DNA from: a virus
Strand: one strand, 5' to 3'
Length of the DNA stretch: 64,000 bases
IMG/VR virus record: IMGVR_UViG_3300040801_004793
Location: 57,017-121,016 of that record
Part shown: one piece after another, positions 57,569 through 64,000 of the stretch
How positions within the stretch are numbered: position 1 is the stretch's first letter
Layout: every line of letters begins with the position of its first letter
The notes under the pieces: generated by a model
The model's input: only the letters and a program-made list of their open reading frames with translations
Told to the model about the DNA's origin: nothing
Database searches by the model: none
Position numbers and translations under genes: made by a program

Positions 57569-57598
57569 TAGGGACGCGCCCCCGTAATAGCGCAGAGG
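57569..57598 (+). promoter_or_regulatory. Start-associated pseudoknot/RBS element
   Basis: tagggacgcgcccccgtaatagcgcagagg. Confidence 0.8.
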
Positions 57599-57603
57599 AT
57601 AGG

Positions 57604-58110
57604 ATGGAAAATACTTTAACCAAGCTGCAACTTCGACGCTATTCCGTTCAAGAAGTGAAAAGCCTATTGAACCTAAACGGATTCTCCAACGGGCAGCATT
57701 ACGCTGCCTGGAGCAAGGTCAAAATGGACTCCGTAGACTGGAATTTTGCGGAAGAGGCGATGCGATGCTTTGAGTCCATTGACCCATCTACGCTTGATGG
57801 GATGGAGGATCTGCTCCGCTTTATGAAAAGGGGTGGGCGAGAATCCTGCTCCGCCATATCCCTTGTTAAGGGAGCGAGTTCGTTTTCTGTTCGGGTGGCT
57901 CCTAGCATCGCCACCGGGCGGCTTGATGACACCGCATGGACTTCCGTATCCACCTGCTGGGATGCGGGACAGTACAGCCTCGCATTTGCCCAATTGGGCA
58001 CTAAGGGCAGCGCACCTTGGGGCTGCGTCTGCTCCCAAGTGCGGTTTATCCGTTTAGGCAATACCCCGGAATTAAGTCACAAGGCCGTAGACATCATGCG
58101 TACGGCTTAG
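57604..58110 (+). CDS. hypothetical protein
   Basis: 168 aa, preceded by the element. Confidence 0.7.
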   Translation: MENTLTKLQLRRYSVQEVKSLLNLNGFSNGQHYAAWSKVKMDSVDWNFAEEAMRCFESIDPSTLDGMEDLLRFMKRGGRESCSAISLVKGASSFSVRVAPSIATGRLDDTAWTSVSTCWDAGQYSLAFAQLGTKGSAPWGCVCSQVRFIRLGNTPELSHKAVDIMRTA

Positions 58111-58165
58111 CCTCGCATCCCACCTCCGCTCGGGCTAACCACTGGGGCTTTTTGCACCAAAACTC

Positions 58166-58193
58166 TAGGGGAGCGCCCCTTACAGCGCAGGAG
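58166..58193 (+). promoter_or_regulatory. Start-associated pseudoknot/RBS element
   Basis: taggggagcgccccttacagcgcaggag. Confidence 0.8.
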
Positions 58194-58198
58194 AAATC

Positions 58199-58537
58199 AT
58201 GACCATTCGTATCGTTCACGCATTACCAAACTCTTGGTTCCCCATACCGGGGGCTAAGGTGACCATGGCGGGGTTGACCGCTGCACAGGTTTCCGAAATC
58301 TGTCATCGGCATGAGGTCATTTCACACGTCAGGTACCCGGATCATGCCGAGAATATCAGCAAGGAACTGGGGGTTGACCTCCCAGTAGGAGTTGAAAACG
58401 CCCCGTCCCCTGCTGGTAGTGCTGACACGTTTATCGTGGCTTCCCGTCGCTTTGATGGGGGCATTGATTACGTCCATGTCTGGGACGCAAATCCGGACTA
58501 TGCAGAACTTGAGTTTCTGCATGAACAATCATTTTAA
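58199..58537 (+). CDS. hypothetical protein
   Basis: 112 aa; ISHVRYPDHA..IS..LGV.LP is reminiscent of DUF1874/STIV B116-like proteins. Confidence 0.65.
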   Translation: MTIRIVHALPNSWFPIPGAKVTMAGLTAAQVSEICHRHEVISHVRYPDHAENISKELGVDLPVGVENAPSPAGSADTFIVASRRFDGGIDYVHVWDANPDYAELEFLHEQSF

Positions 58538-58543
58538 GGGGAC

Positions 58544-58999
58544 ATGGATATAGACTTAGAGTGGCTTGCTAGACTTAGCGAAGCTATAGAGGCCTGGCAC
58601 ACCTCGGGAAACCAAGAGACAGAGTGGATTGAAGTGTCGCTCTGGACTGACCCCCCACAAGAGTTTCTAGATTACGAGCAGTTGTGTCTAAAAGGGGGTC
58701 TGGGGTCTCTTTTGGATTATGGAAGCGGGTGCGACCTCTTGGAAAATTTTCAGGATTGTTTAGCCCAGAGCCTAGATCCTTCACAGGGTTGGAGATTTAA
58801 GCTAGCCGTTGCTCTTAACTCCCTATCTTGGGAACAACGGTACCGGACTGGCAAAAAACCATTCATCTGGGAATATATAGCCCGGACCTCTTATAAGCAA
58901 ACACCAGAAGAGTGTGAAAAATTTCTCCGGCAATTTTGCATCTCTGTAGGAGAGTGGCAAAAAGATGACCGTGGGAACTTCTGTGAAATTGCTTATTAA
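58544..58999 (+). CDS. hypothetical protein
   Basis: 151 aa, coupled to the previous gene. Confidence 0.65.
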   Translation: MDIDLEWLARLSEAIEAWHTSGNQETEWIEVSLWTDPPQEFLDYEQLCLKGGLGSLLDYGSGCDLLENFQDCLAQSLDPSQGWRFKLAVALNSLSWEQRYRTGKKPFIWEYIARTSYKQTPEECEKFLRQFCISVGEWQKDDRGNFCEIAY

Positions 59000-59042
59000 G
59001 ACAGAGTACCTCCACGCCCAGACTAACCCCCATAAAAAACAT

Positions 59043-59070
59043 AAGGGTCGCGCCCTGTACAGCGCGGAGG
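59043..59070 (+). promoter_or_regulatory. Start-associated pseudoknot/RBS element
   Basis: aagggtcgcgccctgtacagcgcggagg. Confidence 0.8.
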
Positions 59071-59075
59071 ATAAC

Positions 59076-59912
59076 ATGACTTCAGTGTGTGCATTCAAGA
59101 TACAGTACGAAAAAGTGTCGAACAACACCGCCCGCTGGGTGAAATCCAGCTTTGAAGAGGCGGAGTATATCGAAGCCGAGACCAACCACCCCGACGGGAT
59201 ACACTCGTCTTGCGCCGTTCGGCGTATAGATGAGGAAACCCGGCGCTTTCTCATCAAACACCGGGAGGGCAGACAGTTAGGTCGGGTTTCCTACGTATCC
59301 CTTTGCAGAAAGATAACTGCAAGGGAGTTAACAGAGGATCAAATACCTCTGTTAATTCGACGATGTATGAAAGCGAAAGGCCTTGAGGCCGTACGTCGAT
59401 ACGGCAGCAATAACAAGTATGTCCTCGACTGGGGATACGACGTAATGGCCGGATTAGAAGTGGAACCTCTAATCGAGTCATCTCCACTGCCGGACCTCCG
59501 GCCAAAGCTATTTGAAAAGACGAAAAAGGGCTTTACGTTTAAGGCTCCAAAGGGGTGTACCCATCCCAAGAATCTGGAGCATCTACCGAATTGGCTTACA
59601 GTAAAGGTAGAGCCTTACAATAGTCTGTCAGATTATGTGACGGAACTAACTATCAAGAAGCCCATCACTCCAGGGCTAGTCGAGGAGCTTAATAAACTTG
59701 CTAAGGAGGTCGATCACTCTTTGAGGAATAGTGATCGACGGATTGCGGGGGAGGACGTGCTCATGTGCTCCACCCTCTACTTTATTTACAAAAGTGCCAT
59801 GTTTAGTGTCTCTAAAGCTCTAGACCTGGCGCTTAAAGATACAAAAGGCGATGTTAGCAAGGCTACCGCCTTATTAAACTCGGGTACGCCGCCCGATTAT
59901 CGCGTCGATTAA
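59076..59912 (+). CDS. hypothetical protein
   Basis: Start reassigned to the ATG at 59076 after the element and GGAGG. Confidence 0.7.
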   Translation: MTSVCAFKIQYEKVSNNTARWVKSSFEEAEYIEAETNHPDGIHSSCAVRRIDEETRRFLIKHREGRQLGRVSYVSLCRKITARELTEDQIPLLIRRCMKAKGLEAVRRYGSNNKYVLDWGYDVMAGLEVEPLIESSPLPDLRPKLFEKTKKGFTFKAPKGCTHPKNLEHLPNWLTVKVEPYNSLSDYVTELTIKKPITPGLVEELNKLAKEVDHSLRNSDRRIAGEDVLMCSTLYFIYKSAMFSVSKALDLALKDTKGDVSKATALLNSGTPPDYRVD

Positions 59913-59958
59913 TCTAGTTGACCCCCCGGCTAACCACTGGGGCATCTCACAACAACTT

Positions 59959-59988
59959 TAGGGGAGCGCCCCCGTAAGAGCGCGGAGA
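59959..59988 (+). promoter_or_regulatory. Start-associated pseudoknot/RBS element
   Basis: taggggagcgcccccgtaagagcgcggaga. Confidence 0.8.
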
Positions 59989-59994
59989 GTCACA

Positions 59995-60237
59995 GTGTTT
60001 GAATCCTTCGAAACTTTTATCGCCCAAGTAAACGAATGCTTTCCGGGCGCAGAGTGCATTATGTACTCCCCCGGTTTGTACATCGGAAGGCGGCAGGGGG
60101 TCGAAATTAGATACGACGAGGACGGCTGGTACGCCGAACTTGTAGGAGTCGGTGGGAAGGGGGACACTCTAGAGTTGGCGATTGCCGATTCTATTGCAGT
60201 GTCCGAAGAACACTGGCAAGCGCAGCAAGACCGTTAA
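59995..60237 (+). CDS. hypothetical protein
   Basis: 80 aa, GTG start after the element. Confidence 0.65.
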   Translation: MFESFETFIAQVNECFPGAECIMYSPGLYIGRRQGVEIRYDEDGWYAELVGVGGKGDTLELAIADSIAVSEEHWQAQQDR

Positions 60238-60312
60238 CCTTAAGTCAGTTTGCACCCGCCCCGGTGGTTTGCAGGGGCTTTTTGTGGGCAGTACCCACAC
60301 GTCACGTAAAAA

Positions 60313-60341
60313 TAAGGGATGCGCCCCGTACAGCGCAGGAG
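60313..60341 (+). promoter_or_regulatory. Start-associated pseudoknot/RBS element
   Basis: taagggatgcgccccgtacagcgcaggag. Confidence 0.8.
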
Positions 60342-60346
60342 ATGAA

Positions 60347-60995
60347 ATGGAAAGAGTCAAGGGGTACGTTATTGGCCCTCGGGTTAATCTTCAGGGGGCC
60401 AACCTGGAGGAGGCTAACCTTCGGGATTCTGACCTTTGGGAGGCTAACCTTCGGGGGGCCAACCTCCTAAAGGCCAAACTTCAGCTGGCTATCCTTCGGG
60501 AAGCTGACCTTAGGAGGGTCAATCTTCAGGAGGCCAAACTTCAGGGGGGCTGACCTTCAGGAGGCAAATCTTCAGGGGGCTGACCTAATGCAGGCGGATC
60601 TGATCGGGGCGGACCTGCGCCATGCCAACCTGCGGGGGGCCAACCTGGTGGGCGCTGACCTGAGAAGGACCAGACTTCTGGGGGCGAATCTGAAAGGTGC
60701 AACCGGGATTAAGGAGGTTCCTCGGTCCCCCATCCCCGGCCTAGCCCAACAAGTGCTAGAGCAAATTACACAGAATCCCGAGTCTCTGAACCAAAAAGTT
60801 TGGCACTCATCCTGCGGAACTGCCCACTGCACGGCAGGGTGGACTGTGGTTTTATCTGGCCCAATCGGGCTAGCCGCAGAAAAACGGCTCGGGACAAGGG
60901 GAGCCGCCGAAATTCTACTGGGTGGATCTAATCACCCATTTGGGATCTACGATGATCCCATCCCTTGGTTGAAAGAGATGGCAGCCAATTCGTAG
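60347..60995 (+). pseudogene. Pentapeptide-repeat protein split by a +1 frameshift in a G6 run (60544-60549)
   Basis: A[ND]Lxx repeats on both sides; removing one G fuses the two frames. C-terminal WH..CGTAHC.AGW motif. Confidence 0.75.
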
Positions 60996-61033
60996 GTCAA
61001 TTAATAGTCAGCCGGGAATTTTTGCACCACCAC

Positions 61034-61061
61034 TAGGGACGCGCCCTGTACAGCGTGGAGG
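61034..61061 (+). promoter_or_regulatory. Start-associated pseudoknot/RBS element
   Basis: tagggacgcgccctgtacagcgtggagg. Confidence 0.8.
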
Positions 61062-61066
61062 ACGAG

Positions 61067-61495
61067 ATGGAAACGACAGTAGCCAAAATACTGAAAGGGG
61101 AGATCAAGGGTTATTTCTTGCCTCTCCATTCAGAATGTGAAGAAGGCATCCTCATCTACTCGGAGGGCCTGCGGGGGATCAACAAAATGGCTCTCATAGC
61201 AGCAGCCAAGGGTAATCTTCGTCACCCTACATCATGCTCAAGAATGAGGGTTCTACTTGAATCCGGGAAAGAACAAGTCCGGGTCTACTCTGGCTGGGAG
61301 GCAGCCCAGTCGGACGCTAATATTTGGGGGTCTTTCAAAAAAGAGTGTTACTTAGTAGCCTCTACAAGGGTAGCAGGAGGCGCAGGACTCACCTATTGGA
61401 AGGGAGGTCGTCCCCAAGGATCGGGGGGAAGCACTTTTGTTCTTAGCACATACCAAAGGCGTGACGGGAGCCTCAGAACAAAAGTCCTATATTAG
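61067..61495 (+). CDS. hypothetical protein
   Basis: Start reassigned to the ATG at 61067. Confidence 0.65.
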   Translation: METTVAKILKGEIKGYFLPLHSECEEGILIYSEGLRGINKMALIAAAKGNLRHPTSCSRMRVLLESGKEQVRVYSGWEAAQSDANIWGSFKKECYLVASTRVAGGAGLTYWKGGRPQGSGGSTFVLSTYQRRDGSLRTKVLY

Positions 61496-61560
61496 TTCAT
61501 CCCGTAGCAATGCTTACCCCCGACCTGGTTAATCACAGAACATTTCGAATCGTAGAATCA

Positions 61561-61588
61561 TAGGGACGCGCCCTGTACAGCGCGGAGG
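61561..61588 (+). promoter_or_regulatory. Start-associated pseudoknot/RBS element
   Basis: tagggacgcgccctgtacagcgcggagg. Confidence 0.8.
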
Positions 61589-61593
61589 ATGAG

Positions 61594-61815
61594 ATGATGG
61601 AAAGATTAGACCTTGGCGACAACGTTGGCGAAAGATGTACCGACCCTGGGTGGTATGTGGAGATTCAGTACACAAAAGACCAGGATGACGAGTGTTACAT
61701 CTTCTACTCCGAAGATGGGGTGGTGAGTTACAACCTCAACGATTACCAGTTTTTGGGTCCATTCGACTCAGAGCAGGAAGCTCTTTTCGTGAAAAAGAGA
61801 CATTACCCTGAATGA
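61594..61815 (+). CDS. hypothetical protein
   Basis: 73 aa; GWY...GPFDSE.EAL motif seen in small phage proteins. Confidence 0.65.
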   Translation: MMERLDLGDNVGERCTDPGWYVEIQYTKDQDDECYIFYSEDGVVSYNLNDYQFLGPFDSEQEALFVKKRHYPE

Positions 61816-61848
61816 GTACCGCGCCCCCACAAGATCGAGGAGGATAGC

Positions 61849-62133
61849 ATGGACGAAGTAAAAGCGGGAATGTACGAGCTGATGATGGGGACATCACAAA
61901 CTGGGACACAAGCCCGCCGACTGATACGTTATCAAAAGGTTTCAAACATGCTTGTGTGGTGTAATTACACCAATGCCCAGTTTGAAAACGACAAGGTAAG
62001 GGTGTGGCCTTCGCCCCAAGGATTGAGTGTTGTGTTTCCAGGGAACAGCCAGGTTTTTGGCCTCATAGAGGTTGAAGCCTGGGAAGAGTTCATGGTCGAG
62101 TTAGAAAGCTGCTTGCCTTCTCTCTGGCCCTAG
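61849..62133 (+). CDS. hypothetical protein
   Basis: GGAGG RBS with a degenerate element upstream. Confidence 0.65.
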   Translation: MDEVKAGMYELMMGTSQTGTQARRLIRYQKVSNMLVWCNYTNAQFENDKVRVWPSPQGLSVVFPGNSQVFGLIEVEAWEEFMVELESCLPSLWP

Positions 62134-62236
62134 GCAGTCTCAACACCCACCCCGCCCCAGGGATTAGTCGGGGCTTTTGTCAATATTAAGGCGTTAGCGC
62201 AGACAGCCTTTAAGCGCCGTTAGTCCACGAGATGGC

Positions 62237-62551
62237 TTGGAAAGGTATATGGTTTTCGCAAGACACATTAACAAAATCGCACATCGGTCCGGCTACGCTT
62301 GCCAGATTGATGAGTTACCCAGCGATAGCAATTTAGTAGTGATTGAGGAGGATGACACAGGACGCATCCTCAAGGGACCGAGCGGCAAAATATATGAGCA
62401 CATCTACGCAGGTAAGCGTAGACGTTCTCCGGGTTTGCCGCCTAACCCCGAACAGTTTTTCCTCCTCATCCCTGAGGAGGTGATGGGTGTAATGATGGGC
62501 ATGATGCCCAAACGGTCATCCCTGGCCGTTAAATACGGCTACCAGAAATAA
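62237..62551 (+). CDS. hypothetical protein
   Basis: 104-aa ORF; start uncertain. Confidence 0.55.
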   Translation: MERYMVFARHINKIAHRSGYACQIDELPSDSNLVVIEEDDTGRILKGPSGKIYEHIYAGKRRRSPGLPPNPEQFFLLIPEEVMGVMMGMMPKRSSLAVKYGYQK

Positions 62552-62565
62552 TCGGAGAGCTGAAA

Positions 62566-63189
62566 ATGAGAAATCTGATTGTGACTAAAGAAAATCGTCA
62601 GCCTCTTGAGGGCGGGCGCGTTTCGTTCGGTGAGCAATATTTTAGCTGCCGTGGTGGTAGCTACCGCACGTATGAGGTGCGCCTGTCTGCCAAAGCAGCA
62701 GCTTATCTTGAGGACGGAGATGAGTTGCGATGGTGGGACGGCCCCAGCGAGTTGCCGTACATTGCGTGTGGGGGCGAGATCATCAAAGCTGATGGTCGTC
62801 GCATTCAGCTTAGAGGTAGCCGTGATGTTGGGATCGACACAGGCCACCCGCCTCGTTTAACCCTAAAAATGAGAAGTCGCAGGGGAGTCACCTGGGAATG
62901 GGATGGAAAGGGTGGAAGATCCTATCAGGCTGTCAAAGCGCCCTGGGGAACGTGGTACAAATTTGACCACTGTCCGCCCGGTATTTGGGGTGTTAAATCC
63001 CACGAAGAATTCATGACATGGGCAACAAACGCCCAAGTCTTTGATGGGAAGACCGAGTACATCTCGTCGAATCGCAGACTGCATCTAGTTACCCGCCCCA
63101 AAGATCAGGAGGGTTGGATTTCCGGTTCGCTGACACCTCAAATAAAGGTGATTGGCGACATCGCCACTGATGAGCCTTTGATACTGTAG
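62566..63189 (+). CDS. hypothetical protein
   Basis: 207 aa, GGAG RBS. Confidence 0.65.
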   Translation: MRNLIVTKENRQPLEGGRVSFGEQYFSCRGGSYRTYEVRLSAKAAAYLEDGDELRWWDGPSELPYIACGGEIIKADGRRIQLRGSRDVGIDTGHPPRLTLKMRSRRGVTWEWDGKGGRSYQAVKAPWGTWYKFDHCPPGIWGVKSHEEFMTWATNAQVFDGKTEYISSNRRLHLVTRPKDQEGWISGSLTPQIKVIGDIATDEPLIL

Positions 63190-63231
63190 CAAACGCATAG
63201 CTTGACAGCCCTGTACATTGCGGAGGATAAA

Positions 63232-63414
63232 GTGACAGTCTATCTAGTTCAAGAATGGGACACGGAACCCATGCTGCTGAAAATCCTAAGCAGCATGGAC
63301 GGTGCTGTTGACTATGCAAAGTCACTGGCACAAACAGAAAACAATAGCTGGTTTTCTGTCACCGCCTGGACTATAGACGGTGAGGAGGGGGATATGATTT
63401 ACAGGAGTTGTTGA
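63232..63414 (+). CDS. hypothetical protein
   Basis: GTG start reassigned after the degenerate element gccctgtacattgcggagg. Confidence 0.6.
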   Translation: MTVYLVQEWDTEPMLLKILSSMDGAVDYAKSLAQTENNSWFSVTAWTIDGEEGDMIYRSC

Positions 63415-63464
63415 CACCCCACCCCATCTAATCAATGGGGCGTCTAATCTTTTGTGACTAGCAT

Positions 63465-63558
63465 GGGTTAAGAAGTTATCCCTGGTAATAGTACCTAAAA
63501 ATTTCTTTTCGTAATACACCTTTGGGTTAGTACCCCGTATAGTACTGGAGAAAAAATG
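63465..63558 (+). repeat. About 95-bp leader repeat, copy 2
   Basis: Similar to 56413-56509. Confidence 0.9.
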
Positions 63559-63978
63559 GACGTTACCAAGATCATGCAGAAAGCGTTAAATCCCGCAGAT
63601 TGGGAAGTGAACGAGGTAATGCAGAAGGTAAATCCTCTGGTTTACTATTGGAAGAAGGCAGAGGGCATTCCTTCCCCCATAGAGGTCTACCCCGACCTCT
63701 CAAGGGGGGTGGTTATTTTCCAAATCACTCCCGTTCTAGGGGAGGATAACGCCTTTGAAGGGTACTTTCAGGGGGTAGAAATAACTCTCGAAAGTATCCC
63801 TTTCTGGAAGGCCACTTTTAAGGTTATTTTCCTGGGCCGGAGTGCTCTCTGGGGAGACCCAGTAGTATCCCAGGAATGGGAAAAATCGGGTCTGACCTGG
63901 AATCAGTGGGTGAAACAGGTCCACCAGAGATATCTCCACTTGATGGAGAATATGGGTTACTACTTACCTCAGGGCTAG
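63556..63978 (+). CDS. hypothetical protein
   Basis: 140 aa, GGAG RBS within the leader repeat. Confidence 0.65.
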   Translation: MDVTKIMQKALNPADWEVNEVMQKVNPLVYYWKKAEGIPSPIEVYPDLSRGVVIFQITPVLGEDNAFEGYFQGVEITLESIPFWKATFKVIFLGRSALWGDPVVSQEWEKSGLTWNQWVKQVHQRYLHLMENMGYYLPQG

Positions 63979-64000
63979 GGAGTAACTAAAAGGAGCCCTA

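Noticed and set aside
56836-61588. Repeats as a CRISPR array or integron attC sites
   Set aside because: The intervals are whole genes of variable length; no cas or integrase gene and no RYYYAAC/GTTRRRY cores.
1-64000. tRNA or rRNA genes and alternative genetic code
   Set aside because: No cloverleaf noticed in the short intergenic gaps; long ORFs are intact under the standard code and use all three stop codons.

Overview
A 64-kb segment of a large tailed phage genome, probably a long-tailed siphovirus. A cyanobacterial host is inferred from a pentapeptide-repeat gene, a multi-PAS protein and HIP1-like words in the fibre tips. Three blocks: (1) 1-4468 (+), DNA metabolism: truncated Dam-like methylase, PduO-type cobalamin adenosyltransferase, nucleoside deoxyribosyltransferase-like, beta-clamp-like and RuvC. 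(2) 4459-54249 (mostly -), AT-rich virion operon. In transcription order: TerS, TerL with a class-3-type homing intein, MuF-domain protein, protease, scaffold, decoration, capsid, neck, tail tube, -1 frameshift chaperone, 2633-aa tape measure, tail tip and fibres, and a portal displaced to the far end. A family of very basic small proteins sharing an [EN]FARK[KR]GSRD N-terminal tag is interspersed, and HU and a sensor-only multi-PAS gene are inserted on the opposite strand. (3) About 54450-64000 (+), a markedly GC-richer array of small unknown genes. Most are preceded by a repeated H-type-pseudoknot-compatible element abutting the Shine-Dalgarno, with compensatory changes between copies. The best candidates for undescribed biology are this pseudoknot/RBS cassette system, the tagged basic protein family and the output-less PAS sensor. 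All product calls come from motif recognition by eye; no searches were run.
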